Made by a program: the position numbers and the translations under genes. From the NCBI GenBank assembly GCA_965247305.1, contig OZ252030.1, positions 6,193,186 to 6,257,185 of the forward strand: 64,000 nucleotides of DNA, in the 5' to 3' direction. This document shows positions 8,964 through 18,608 of the stretch, in pieces. Below the pieces are notes generated by a model. The model was not told where the DNA came from. It did not search any database and saw nothing but the letters and a program-made list of their open reading frames with translations. Each line of letters opens with the position of its first letter. The first letter of the stretch is position 1. The DNA comes from Bryobacterales bacterium (GTDB lineage Bacteria > Acidobacteriota > Terriglobia > Bryobacterales > UBA6623).

Positions 8964-10297
8964 GATGGGAAGGAAAACGCGTACTGATCGTCGGACTGGG
9001 TAAGTCCGGGCTGGCGGCGGTGCGCTTTTTGGTTCGGTGCGGAGCAGTCGTGTCGGCGGCGGATGAGCGTACGGCCGACGAGCTGGGTGACGCGATCAAG
9101 TCGCTTGACGATTTGCCGGTGAAACTCCACCTTGGCGGACATTCGAGAGACACTTTTCTGGCACAAGACGTGATCGTACCCTCGCCAGGCGTGGCTTGGG
9201 ATCATCCCCACCTGGCGGCGGCTCGAGAGCACGGCGTTCAAACAGTTGGTGAATTGGACATCGCCGCTGAGTTTCTCAAGGGTCGCGTGATTGGCGTCAC
9301 GGGAACGAACGGCAAGACGACGACCGTGTCGCTAATCGGTCATGTCATGAATCTGGCCGGAATGGCGGTTAGCGTTGCGGGCAATATCGGGACACCGCTG
9401 CTCACGACAGTCGGGGAATCGCTCGAAGACCAGTGGCATGTCTTGGAGCTTTCGAGCTTTCAGCTAGAAGCCGCGAATACGTTTCGATGCGACATTGCGG
9501 TGGTCTTAAACATCACGCCCGACCACCTCGACCGACATCACAGTTTTGAGAAATACGTTGCAGCCAAGACGCGAATTTTCGACAATCAGGAGCGGTCAGA
9601 CTTCGCTGTATTGAATGCGCATGATGCAGGCTCTCGCGATCTCGTTGAGGGCGTCAAATCGAGCGTTGTCTGGTTTGGCCGAGAGCGTCCGTCAAACAAG
9701 GGTGCATCGGTCGATTCCGAGGGAATTGCTTGGAACGGGCAGCATGTTTGCGATTCTGATCTATCGATCAAGGGTCCACATAACTTAGAGAATGCACTTG
9801 CCGCCGTCGCGGCTTGCGCGCTGGCAGGAGTCGAGCTGGGTGTTATAGGCCAATCGCTGAAGACGTTTCGGCCGGTTGAGCATCGGCTGGAGTTTGTTCG
9901 CGACGTCGGCGGGGTGGCTTATTACAACGACTCGAAGGCAACCAATGTCGACGCGGCATTGAAGGCCTGCCAAGCGTTCGAGCATGGACTCTGGATCATT
10001 TTGGGGGGGCGCGATAAAGGTTCTGACTACCACCCGTTGAGCCAAGCTCTAAAGGGCCGCGCGCGGGGCGTATTGCTGATCGGCGAGGCCGCCCCGATCA
10101 TTCGCGGGCATCTCAACGGCTCGACGCCGATCGAAGAGGTAGCGACGATGGCGCGCGCCGTGGAGTTTGCGCGAAGCAACGCCCGGCCTGGAGATTCCGT
10201 GCTTCTCGCACCCGCCTGCGCCAGCTTTGATCAGTTTGCAGGCTATGCCGAGCGGGGCCTTGAGTTCAAACGTCTCGTGAAGGAGCTGGAGGCGTAG
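8960..10297 (+). CDS. murD: UDP-N-acetylmuramoylalanine--D-glutamate ligase MurD
   Basis: MRWEGKRVLIVGLGKSGLA Rossmann N-terminus and VTGTNGKTTT P-loop. I place the start at ATG 8960, which overlaps the mraY TGA. The ORF-track start 8906 is an in-frame upstream extension inside mraY. Confidence 0.93.
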   Translation: MRWEGKRVLIVGLGKSGLAAVRFLVRCGAVVSAADERTADELGDAIKSLDDLPVKLHLGGHSRDTFLAQDVIVPSPGVAWDHPHLAAAREHGVQTVGELDIAAEFLKGRVIGVTGTNGKTTTVSLIGHVMNLAGMAVSVAGNIGTPLLTTVGESLEDQWHVLELSSFQLEAANTFRCDIAVVLNITPDHLDRHHSFEKYVAAKTRIFDNQERSDFAVLNAHDAGSRDLVEGVKSSVVWFGRERPSNKGASVDSEGIAWNGQHVCDSDLSIKGPHNLENALAAVAACALAGVELGVIGQSLKTFRPVEHRLEFVRDVGGVAYYNDSKATNVDAALKACQAFEHGLWIILGGRDKGSDYHPLSQALKGRARGVLLIGEAAPIIRGHLNGSTPIEEVATMARAVEFARSNARPGDSVLLAPACASFDQFAGYAERGLEFKRLVKELEA

Positions 10298-10298
10298 T

Positions 10299-11375
10299 AT
10301 GCCCAGCCCATTGAGATACGACCGGCTCATGTGCGGGACCATCCTCGCACTGATGTTCTTCGGGCTGGTGATGGTATTTAGTGCCACGACGGCGGCGTCG
10401 GAGACAACTTGGATCTACATCATCAAGCAGTCGATCTCTGCCGCGCTCGGCCTCGTGGCGATGCGCTATCTGATGTTTTTTGACTACCGCCGGCTGCGCC
10501 AACAGAAGATCGTTTTCGGCGTGCTTGGCGTTTCAGTGGTGCTGTTGGTCTTGGCGGCGTTGCTTGGTACGGGGGCGAATACGCGCCGCTTCCTCAGGCT
10601 GTGGCAATTCTCATTGCAGCCATCGGAGCTAGCAAAGCCGGCGATGATCTTGTTCTTGGCTTACTACCTAGAGCTCCGCCGTGAGCGCTTGAACGACTGG
10701 CGGACGGTGGCCGGCGCCGGGTTCATCATTGCAACGCTCTCGTTGTTGATTTACGCGGGAAGAGATTTCGGCACAATGGCCTCGCTGATGGCTCTCGCCG
10801 GTGTGATGCTATTCGTGGCCGGCCTGCCGGTGCGATTCGTTGCAATGGCGAGCGCCGCAACTGCCGCGTTGACATTTTTCTTCGTGTGGATGGTGCCGTA
10901 CCGCAAGGGGCGGTTGCTCGCGTTCCTCAATCCGGAATCTGACCCCCTCGGCAGCGGATTTCAGATCTTGCAGTCGGAAATCGCCGTGGGCTCGGGTGGC
11001 TGGTTCGGCCAGGGCTGGATGGCGGGCAAGCAGAAGATGCACTTTTTGCCCGAAGCACATACCGATTTTATTTTTGCTCTGATTGGCGAGGAGCTCGGCT
11101 TGATCGGGGCAGTCATTGTTTTGTTCGCGTTTGGCGTGCTGCTGTGGCGTGGCTTGCGCACGGCGGTCAAAGCTCCCGACACATTCGGGTGCTATCTGGC
11201 GCTCGGCGTGACGGCCATGATCATTTTTCAGGCGATGTTCAACATGGGCGTCGTGCTGGCACTGTTGCCGACGAAAGGAATGCCGCTGCCGTTCATCAGT
11301 TATGGCGGATCGGCGCTGATTACGATGCTTGCGTCCGCGGGGGTGCTGCTAAATGTTAGCCGCTATGCCGATTGA
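10299..11375 (+). CDS. ftsW: Peptidoglycan glycosyltransferase FtsW (SEDS family)
   Basis: Ten-TM SEDS protein with QPSELAKP, PEAHTDFIF and LPTKGMPLPFISYGGS motifs. dcw position between murD and murG. Confidence 0.9.
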   Translation: MPSPLRYDRLMCGTILALMFFGLVMVFSATTAASETTWIYIIKQSISAALGLVAMRYLMFFDYRRLRQQKIVFGVLGVSVVLLVLAALLGTGANTRRFLRLWQFSLQPSELAKPAMILFLAYYLELRRERLNDWRTVAGAGFIIATLSLLIYAGRDFGTMASLMALAGVMLFVAGLPVRFVAMASAATAALTFFFVWMVPYRKGRLLAFLNPESDPLGSGFQILQSEIAVGSGGWFGQGWMAGKQKMHFLPEAHTDFIFALIGEELGLIGAVIVLFAFGVLLWRGLRTAVKAPDTFGCYLALGVTAMIIFQAMFNMGVVLALLPTKGMPLPFISYGGSALITMLASAGVLLNVSRYAD

Positions 11376-12546
11376 CGCGGGGTTGGCGCGGGGCACCGAA
11401 ACGGTGTTGTCGATGATGGATAAAACGATCTCGGTAACGGAATCGGTAGCGTTGGGCGAGCGCTATTTGATCGCCGCCGGTGGTACGGGCGGGCATGTGA
11501 TCCCGGCGTTGCAGGTCGCGGCTGTTCTGCGCGAGCAGGGTCATGAATGCGTCTTCGTCGGTACAGCTCGTGGGCTGGAGAATAGGCTCGTTTCCGCGGC
11601 GGGGTTCGAGCTTCGCCACGTACCGATCGGACCACTAAATCAGGTTTCTTGGAGTCGTCGGCTGAGAACGCTGTTAGAGGCGCCTCGCGCACTGTATGCC
11701 GCTTGGCGGATTCTCGATGAGTTTGAACCGGCTGCCGTATTGAGTTTGGGCGGCTATGCGTCAGGGCCGCTCGTGCTGGCGTGTGCGCTTCGCGACACGG
11801 CCGTAGTCGTGATGGAGCCGAACGCTAGACCAGGTTTGGCGAACCGCCTGGCGGGAATGTTCGCTTCGCGGGCGTTGATCGGATTTGAGGAAGCGGCAAA
11901 GTATTTCCGGAACGGCATGAGCGAAGCCGTCGGCATACCAGTGCGGGCGGAGTTTTTCGAGCGTGGACCGCGAGGCGTGAATCAGCGCTTTGCGGTACTC
12001 ATTACGGGCGGCAGCCAGGGTTCGCGGCGACTTAATGAGGCCGCGGTCGGCGCTGCTCGCGGATGGATGGCGACCGATACTGACAACACGCCGTTCGTCA
12101 TTCATCAAACTGGGCCCCGTGAGTTTGAACAGGTTCGTGACTCGTACCGCGAACTTGGCTTCGATGTAGACGTCTCGGCCTTTTATGACGACATGCCCGC
12201 CCTCTACACCCGGGCGGACTTGATAATTTGTCGCGCCGGGGCTTCGGCCATCGCTGAGCTTTGCGCGGCGGGCAAGGCGTCAGTGCTGATTCCGTTCCCT
12301 CACGCGGCTGACAACCACCAGATGGTCAATGCGCGCGCGTTGTCGCATGCCGGCGGCGCGCTCGTGGTCGAAGACGATGACTGGACGGCGGCGGCAATGG
12401 TCGAGACCGTCGAGGACTTACGCTCGAGGCCGATCGAACTCGCGGCGATGGCATCGGCCGCCGCCAGCTTGGCGATGCCACGCGCGGCCGAGCTTGCCGC
12501 CGATGCTCTAAAGAATGTCGCTCGGACTCAGGGAGAGCGCCGCTAG
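11353..12546 (+). CDS. murG: Undecaprenyldiphospho-muramoylpentapeptide beta-N-acetylglucosaminyltransferase MurG
   Basis: AAGGTGGHVIPALQVA G-loop, TGGSQGS, and a C-terminal GT28 domain (ICRAGASAIAEL). The real start may be ATG 11413 (MMDKT). Confidence 0.92.
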   Translation: MLAAMPIDAGLARGTETVLSMMDKTISVTESVALGERYLIAAGGTGGHVIPALQVAAVLREQGHECVFVGTARGLENRLVSAAGFELRHVPIGPLNQVSWSRRLRTLLEAPRALYAAWRILDEFEPAAVLSLGGYASGPLVLACALRDTAVVVMEPNARPGLANRLAGMFASRALIGFEEAAKYFRNGMSEAVGIPVRAEFFERGPRGVNQRFAVLITGGSQGSRRLNEAAVGAARGWMATDTDNTPFVIHQTGPREFEQVRDSYRELGFDVDVSAFYDDMPALYTRADLIICRAGASAIAELCAAGKASVLIPFPHAADNHQMVNARALSHAGGALVVEDDDWTAAAMVETVEDLRSRPIELAAMASAAASLAMPRAAELAADALKNVARTQGERR

Positions 12547-12548
12547 CC

Positions 12549-13982
12549 ATGCTTTTCAAAGAAATCGGCATCCGCGAGCGCCAAATCCATTTCGTCGGGG
12601 TCGGCGGCATCGGCATGAGCGGAATCGCCGAAATCCTGCTCAACCTGGGCTACACGATCTCGGGGTCGGACTTACGTGGATCGGCGGTGACAGAACGCTT
12701 GAGCGGACTGGGCGCAACCATATCGATCGGACACAACGCGGACAACGTCGGCGCCGCGGACGCTATCGTCGTCAGCTCGGCGATCAATGAATACAACGTC
12801 GAATTGATGGACGCGCGGCGCCGCCGGATTCCGGTGATCCTGCGCGGCGAGCTGCTCGCTGAACTGATGCGGCTGAAGTATGGAATTGCTATCGGCGGCA
12901 GTCACGGCAAGACCACGACCTCATCGATCACCGCTTCCGTGCTCAGTTCGGGCGGGAAAGATCCGACGATTGTGGTTGGTGGACGAGTCGACGCGATCGG
13001 CTCGAACGCTCGCCTGGGCAACAGCGACTACCTGCTGGTGGAAGCAGACGAATCGGACGGCTCGTTTCTGCGCCTCGCTCCGATTATTGCCGTAATCACG
13101 AACATCGATCGCGAACACCTCGACCACTATCACACGGTCGAGGGCCTCATGCGGGCGTTTGTCGAGTTCGCCAACAAGGTGCCGTTCTATGGCACGACGA
13201 TCGTCTGTATCGACGATCCACACGTGAAGCTGATCACGCCGATGATTAAGCGCGGCTATCGCACTTATGGAACGAAGGAGACGTCGCCGGATGCCGACTT
13301 GGTTGCCGACGAAATCAAGCTCGGACATTTCAAGAGCGCCTTCCGGCTCAACTATCGCGGCGATGACCTTGGAAGTTTCGAGATCAACGGCGTCGGCCTG
13401 CATACTGTTCGCAACGCGATGGCGTCGGTGCTCGTCGGCCTCGAACTTGAGATTCCAGTTGCTAATATTCGCGCGGGGCTCGCCGCGTTCAGTGGAGTTG
13501 ACCGCCGCTTTCAGAAGCGCGGAGAAGCTTCAGGTGTGACGGTTATCGACGATTACGGTCACCATCCGACGGAAATTCGGGCGACCTTGAAGGCGGCCAA
13601 ATCGTGCTCGTTCAAGGGCGTCAACGTTATTTTCCAGCCGCACCGCTACAGCCGCACGCATCTCATGATGGACGAATTCGCGGAGAGTTTCGAAGACTGC
13701 GATCGGCTCTGGGTGGTCGACGTCTATGCCGCCGGCGAAGAGCCTTTGCCAGGTGTGGACAGCGCTCGGCTCGTGGAGAGAATCGCAGCATCGGGTCATC
13801 CGGCGGTCGAGTACTGCGGGTCAGTCGACGAAGCGGTAGGTCGAGCCGTGGCGCGGTCTCAGGACGGCGATGCCGTGATCACGCTTGGCGCTGGCAGCAT
13901 CTGGCGTTCCGGCGAGAGACTCCTGCAAGGTCTGAGGACAAGGAATAGTGAGGTCGAGCGGCAAACGTCGCTCGGCGTGTGA
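12549..13982 (+). CDS. murC: UDP-N-acetylmuramate--L-alanine ligase MurC
   Basis: HFVGVGGIGMSGIAE, GGSHGKTTTSS P-loop, DDYGHHPTE. Confidence 0.95.
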   Translation: MLFKEIGIRERQIHFVGVGGIGMSGIAEILLNLGYTISGSDLRGSAVTERLSGLGATISIGHNADNVGAADAIVVSSAINEYNVELMDARRRRIPVILRGELLAELMRLKYGIAIGGSHGKTTTSSITASVLSSGGKDPTIVVGGRVDAIGSNARLGNSDYLLVEADESDGSFLRLAPIIAVITNIDREHLDHYHTVEGLMRAFVEFANKVPFYGTTIVCIDDPHVKLITPMIKRGYRTYGTKETSPDADLVADEIKLGHFKSAFRLNYRGDDLGSFEINGVGLHTVRNAMASVLVGLELEIPVANIRAGLAAFSGVDRRFQKRGEASGVTVIDDYGHHPTEIRATLKAAKSCSFKGVNVIFQPHRYSRTHLMMDEFAESFEDCDRLWVVDVYAAGEEPLPGVDSARLVERIAASGHPAVEYCGSVDEAVGRAVARSQDGDAVITLGAGSIWRSGERLLQGLRTRNSEVERQTSLGV

Positions 13983-13997
13983 AATTGGGGGAATCCG

Positions 13998-14849
13998 ATG
14001 GTAAGGAAAAAGCGGACACCAGATGTTGACGACTCGGCTTCATATCTTCGAAGCAAGAAACCGCTGCGTGCAACGCGCGGAATGGAGCTTCCGGATTGGC
14101 CCTATCGTCGGATCTCGTTCATGCTGGTCGGGCTGTTGATGGCGGTCTCAAGCGTGTACGCATTCAACTTCTACGTCGGGTCGAGTCCGCGCTTTCGAGT
14201 GGACGCCGGGGTTGGCAATCCTCACGTCGCCGGGCTAAACCTGTTGGATGGCGATGAAATCCGGCGGATTTTCACGGACGATCTAGGACTTGCTATGAGC
14301 GCCGTCGATCTCGAAGACAGACGGCAGCAAGTTGAGGCATTAGCGTGGGTGCGGCGGGCTTCGGTCGGCCGCATCTGGCCGAATAGAATCGCCATCTACA
14401 TCAAAGAGCGCTCGCCAGTTGCTTTTCTGAGACTCCCCAAAAAGCGGGGTACTCGATTGATCGATTCCGACGGCGTGGTTTTGACTCCAATAGCAGGCAA
14501 GCAATTCGATCTGCCCGTCATCAAGGGAATCGATGCGTCCATGGAAGACGGAGCGCGTAAAATTCGCATGAACCTCTTTGGCAGGCTGATGGAATCGCTT
14601 GATTCTCAGCAGCCTAAATTTAGCGAATTTCTCTCAGAGGTAGACGTCTCCGATCCCAAGAACGCCGTCGTCAGTGCAATCTACAAAGACGAGGTTGTTG
14701 ATCTGCAAATGGGTGACGAACACTTGCGCCACCGCTTTGAAGTTTTCTTAAAGTACATCGATACCTGGAAGGCTGAGTTTGGCCCAGTGAAATCGGCTGA
14801 TCTGCGTTTCGAAGACCAAGTCGCCGTCACGCCGGTGAAGCGCCGCTAG
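13998..14849 (+). CDS. ftsQ: Cell division protein FtsQ (POTRA domain)
   Basis: Basic N-terminus, one TM helix (ISFMLVGLLMAVSSVYAF), then a POTRA-like region (VRRASVGRIWPNRIAIYIKERSPVA). Lies directly upstream of ftsA. Confidence 0.8.
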   Translation: MVRKKRTPDVDDSASYLRSKKPLRATRGMELPDWPYRRISFMLVGLLMAVSSVYAFNFYVGSSPRFRVDAGVGNPHVAGLNLLDGDEIRRIFTDDLGLAMSAVDLEDRRQQVEALAWVRRASVGRIWPNRIAIYIKERSPVAFLRLPKKRGTRLIDSDGVVLTPIAGKQFDLPVIKGIDASMEDGARKIRMNLFGRLMESLDSQQPKFSEFLSEVDVSDPKNAVVSAIYKDEVVDLQMGDEHLRHRFEVFLKYIDTWKAEFGPVKSADLRFEDQVAVTPVKRR

Positions 14850-14858
14850 AGAACAAGC

Positions 14859-16064
14859 ATGCCGAAGAAACATCCGTATCTCGCCGGTCTCGATATCGGC
14901 AGTCACGAAACGCGCTGCTTGGTTGCGCTCGAAGAGGAATCTCGGCTTCGCTTTATCAGTTGCGGCGTCGCGCCGTCGAAAGGTATCTCTCGTGGCGTCA
15001 TCGGTGACGCGGAGCACGTTTTAGAATCGGTGCAGGCCGCGATCGCGGAGGCTGAGCGAAACGGCGGCATGTCAGTTGAAGCAGCGGTTGTCGGCGTCGG
15101 CGGAGGGCATGTTCGCAGCAACGTTACGCACAGCTACGTGGCACTCGAAGAAGGCCACGTCGAAGTGCAGCAAAGCGATATCGACAACGCCGTGAAGAAG
15201 GCGGCTCAGGTTCCGTTGAGCGACGACCGGGCCATCTTACAAGTTGTTCCGCTGGAATTCGCCGTGGGTACGGAAACCGGCCTCAAGACCCCCCTGGGCC
15301 TGGCCGCGGAGCGTGTTGACGCGCACGTCCAGGTCGTGTCGGCGTCGGCCCAAGCGCACGGCCAAATCCACGCTGTCGTGAATCGCGCCGGCGTCGTCGT
15401 TGAAGAAACTGTGTTTGAAGGTTTCGCCGCCGCCCACGCGTCGCTCGAAGAGCAAGAGCGAGACGCCGGCGTGGCGCTCATCGACGTCGGTGCCGACTCG
15501 ACGGAGCTCATCGCTTACGTTGACGACGAGCTGCGAGCCGCGGGTGGAATCGGAATCGGGGGCAATGTATTCGCCGCCGACGTAGCCGATGTGCTCGAAA
15601 CAAACTTGGAAGCCGCGCAGTTGTTGATCGAACAGTATGGCTGCGCGGTTTCAGAGGGCACGCCCGACAACGTTCATGTTGAGGTGCCGAATCTTAGTGG
15701 CGAGGCCTCGGTTCGCCGACCGCGGCGTTTGCTTAACGAAATCATCGAAGCGCGGGCCGAAGAGCTGTTCGAAATGGTTGGCGCGGAGTTGATTCGGGCC
15801 GGGCTCGATAACAGCATCGTCGGCGGATTGGTAGTTACCGGCGGTGTGTCGGCTTTGGCTGGTCTTTGTGATGTGGGCGAGCGCGTACTCGGCGTTGAGA
15901 CCCGCATCGGTTTACCCCCCAGGCTCGAGGACCTTCCCGATGAGTTAGATCATCCGGGCTGGGTCTGCGCGGCGGGCTTGGTACTCTATGCCCAGCGCCT
16001 CAGATTGCATCAATTGCGGCGCCGTGACCGCGTTTCCGATTGGCTCAAATCCCTAATGGATTAA
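14859..16064 (+). CDS. ftsA: Cell division protein FtsA (actin-like ATPase)
   Basis: LAGLDIGSHETRCLV phosphate-1 motif, ALIDVGADSTE and VVTGGVSALAG motifs. Sits between ftsQ and ftsZ. Confidence 0.9.
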   Translation: MPKKHPYLAGLDIGSHETRCLVALEEESRLRFISCGVAPSKGISRGVIGDAEHVLESVQAAIAEAERNGGMSVEAAVVGVGGGHVRSNVTHSYVALEEGHVEVQQSDIDNAVKKAAQVPLSDDRAILQVVPLEFAVGTETGLKTPLGLAAERVDAHVQVVSASAQAHGQIHAVVNRAGVVVEETVFEGFAAAHASLEEQERDAGVALIDVGADSTELIAYVDDELRAAGGIGIGGNVFAADVADVLETNLEAAQLLIEQYGCAVSEGTPDNVHVEVPNLSGEASVRRPRRLLNEIIEARAEELFEMVGAELIRAGLDNSIVGGLVVTGGVSALAGLCDVGERVLGVETRIGLPPRLEDLPDELDHPGWVCAAGLVLYAQRLRLHQLRRRDRVSDWLKSLMD

Positions 16065-16076
16065 GGAAAGATTGTC

Positions 16077-17441
16077 ATGATTGAAGAAGTCCCCTCCCCT
16101 ACTATTGACTCGAACGACGCCAAGGGCGATTCCGTAAAATTTACCTTCGACGAAGATCTCAAGCCGAGCGCCCGCATCAAGGTTGTCGGCGTTGGGGGTG
16201 GCGGCTGTAACGCCGTCAACCGCATGATCGAAGAGGGCGTCGAGGGCGTCCAGTTCGCGGCGGTAAATACCGACGAGCAAGCGCTACGCGTTTCCCGCGC
16301 GCAGGTGAAATTGCAACTCGGCTCAAAGATAACCGAGGGGCGCGGCGCGGGTTCCGAACCGGAAATTGGCCGCAACGCGGCGCTTGAAGATACCGAGCTT
16401 CTAATCGAATTGCTCGGCGACGCTGACATGGTCTTCGTCACCACCGGACTCGGTGGCGGCACGGGCACGGGCGCGGCACCAATCGTGGCCTCACTGGCGA
16501 AAGAAATGGGCGCCCTAACTGTCGCTATCGCCACCAAACCGTTCTCGTTTGAGGGTGCGCGGCGCATGGAAGTGGCGCAACAGGGCCTTTCCGAACTCGT
16601 CGAGACTGTCGACACCGTCGTTACGATTCCGAACGAAAGATTGCTTGAGTATGTCGATCGAGGCACAAGCTTCTTCGAATCATTTCGAATTGCGGATGAC
16701 ATCTTGCTGCAAGCGGTTCAGGGGATCAGCGACATCATCACGATCCCGGGAATTATTAACCGCGACTTCGCGGATATTCGCACAATCATGGAGGGCATGG
16801 GCTACGCGGTTATGGGCACCGCTACCCGTGGCGGCAGCAGCGCGGCCGTCGAGGCTGCGCGCGCAGCCGTCTCTAGCCCCCTGCTCGAGGACGCCAGTAT
16901 TGACGGCGCGCGTGGCATCTTGATCAACATCACCGGCTCGTCGCGGCTCGGACTTCACGAAGTCCACGAGGCTTCGACGATCATCCAAAAGGCTGCCGAT
17001 CCGCACGCGAACATCATCTTCGGCGCCGTGTTGAACGACTCTATGGGCGAGGATGTGAAAATTACGGTGATCGCAACGGGCTTTCGAAACCAACGCGCCG
17101 GGGCGAGAGAGCTGAGCGCCGACAATTCGGTAGTCGTGGGGCAGGACATTCGCAATGCCTCCAGACAGGCGGCTGGGGTATTTAGGGCGGGGACGGCGGC
17201 TGCCAGACCGGCACCGACTCCGATGCCAGAAACAGTCGACCCAGCGCCTCCGGAGCAAATCGTCCAGCCGGAATCCGAGCCGGCGACCGCCGGCTTGCCG
17301 CCATCGACGAGAGCGGCCGATGAAGCCGAACAGTTCGCCGTAGAACAGGAACCAACACCGGTCGAGATGCCGGTAACGGAGCCGGTTGGAGCGGAGAGCC
17401 TGAGTCGGCCGGCGTTCTTTCGCAGGCGTTCTAGCGACTAG
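16077..17441 (+). CDS. ftsZ: Cell division GTPase FtsZ
   Basis: [17 protein letters not shown], the [10 protein letters not shown] tubulin signature and NTDEQAL. A long Pro/Ala-rich linker ends in the conserved C-terminal peptide RPAFFRRR. Confidence 0.97.
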   Translation: MIEEVPSPTIDSNDAKGDSVKFTFDEDLKPSARIKVVGVGGGGCNAVNRMIEEGVEGVQFAAVNTDEQALRVSRAQVKLQLGSKITEGRGAGSEPEIGRNAALEDTELLIELLGDADMVFVTTGLGGGTGTGAAPIVASLAKEMGALTVAIATKPFSFEGARRMEVAQQGLSELVETVDTVVTIPNERLLEYVDRGTSFFESFRIADDILLQAVQGISDIITIPGIINRDFADIRTIMEGMGYAVMGTATRGGSSAAVEAARAAVSSPLLEDASIDGARGILINITGSSRLGLHEVHEASTIIQKAADPHANIIFGAVLNDSMGEDVKITVIATGFRNQRAGARELSADNSVVVGQDIRNASRQAAGVFRAGTAAARPAPTPMPETVDPAPPEQIVQPESEPATAGLPPSTRAADEAEQFAVEQEPTPVEMPVTEPVGAESLSRPAFFRRRSSD

Positions 17442-17446
17442 GAGTC

Positions 17447-18562
17447 GTGGCTCGCCGTGACCGTCTAAAACTGATTGCCGCTGTATTCGGCTTGCTGGCA
17501 TCACTCGCCGGGTCAACGCGGATTATCGGTCTGATCACCGCTGGGCAAAACGATTTCGTCGGGTTCTACGTAGGCGGGCAAGAAGCGGCTAGCGGCGACG
17601 TCTACGACTCGTCTAGATACTACAGGTTCACCGAAGAAGAGTTTTCCGCGCACAGCGAGGCGCTGGTCTACATTCGCCCTCCGTTCTATGCGCTGTTGTT
17701 CAAACCGCTCGCAGCTCTGGACTACCAGACGGCACACTTTTGCTGGATCGGCCTAAGATTACTTGCGGTCGCGGCGTTTCTATGGCTGTTCCCGTTTCCA
17801 ACCAGGATTGATGGCGTTCTGGCCGTTTGTGTCTCGGCGCCGCTGGCTTCGTCCCTCATGAATGGCCAAGATATTCAAGATATTGCGGTGTTGCTCGTTG
17901 TCGTGGCGCTCGCGCTTCGAATGGAGAAGGCTCATACGGGTTTGCCGGCCGGCGCTGTGCTGAGTCTTTGTGCGATCAAGTTTCATCTTTTTTTCCCGCT
18001 GCCGTTGCTGATTATTGCTCGGCAACGGCGAGATCTCGTGGCAGGGTTTTTCGGGGCCGGCGTGGCGCTAGCGGGGCTCTCTTTCGTAGCCGCCGGCCCG
18101 ACGTGGCCGATCGCGTACATCGAAACTTTGACCCAGTCGCGAATCAACCCGAGCTTGCAGATCATGCCAAATATTCATGGGCTGGTGGGCAATCTGCCCG
18201 GCGCGATTTTGCTTGAAGCAGGCCTCGCGCTTGCGGTATTGGGCGCGTGTTGGTGGGTGTTTCGGCGAGCGACATTTGAGATATCCGTGGCGCTGGCGAT
18301 CGTCGCCGGGTTCCTGATCAGCTACCATTCGTACGGCTATGACGGCGCGATCCTAATTCCGGCCGCGCTGATATTTTTGGCACGAATGGAGAGCCTGGCG
18401 GTGAAAGCCGCCAGCTTGGCGTCACTGTTCCCGCTTACCTGGACTGCACCAGCCGTCGCAATACAAATCGTTGTGATTTTCCTATTCTTGGCAGTCTTGT
18501 GGGAGGTCCGGTCTGTTCGCAGCCCCACCCCCGGCGGCAGCGAATTTGCCGCGAGCAGCTAG
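17447..18562 (+). CDS. Polytopic membrane protein, GT87/DUF2029-like glycosyltransferase
   Basis: 371 aa with about 10 predicted TM helices. N-terminal pattern: NDFVGFYVGG...YIRPPFYALLFKPLAAL...W. This resembles PimE-type (GT-C) mannosyltransferases. Family call is by eye only. Confidence 0.55.
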   Translation: MARRDRLKLIAAVFGLLASLAGSTRIIGLITAGQNDFVGFYVGGQEAASGDVYDSSRYYRFTEEEFSAHSEALVYIRPPFYALLFKPLAALDYQTAHFCWIGLRLLAVAAFLWLFPFPTRIDGVLAVCVSAPLASSLMNGQDIQDIAVLLVVVALALRMEKAHTGLPAGAVLSLCAIKFHLFFPLPLLIIARQRRDLVAGFFGAGVALAGLSFVAAGPTWPIAYIETLTQSRINPSLQIMPNIHGLVGNLPGAILLEAGLALAVLGACWWVFRRATFEISVALAIVAGFLISYHSYGYDGAILIPAALIFLARMESLAVKAASLASLFPLTWTAPAVAIQIVVIFLFLAVLWEVRSVRSPTPGGSEFAASS

Positions 18563-18608
18563 CAGGCATCTCTCACGACGTGGCGATCGAAAGCGCGTGA
18601 GCGGTGCT

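Noticed and set aside
16061-17516. Long minus-strand ORFs (213 aa and 278 aa) across ftsZ
   Set aside because: They are antisense to an unambiguous ftsZ and have Arg/Ser/Pro-rich low-complexity translations. They are high-GC antisense artefacts. The same reasoning applies to 20426-20947 (antisense to DUF1080), 54562-55368 (antisense to the amidohydrolase), 55820-56335 (antisense to the TadZ-like gene), 60353-61177 (antisense to pyrG) and many shorter track entries.
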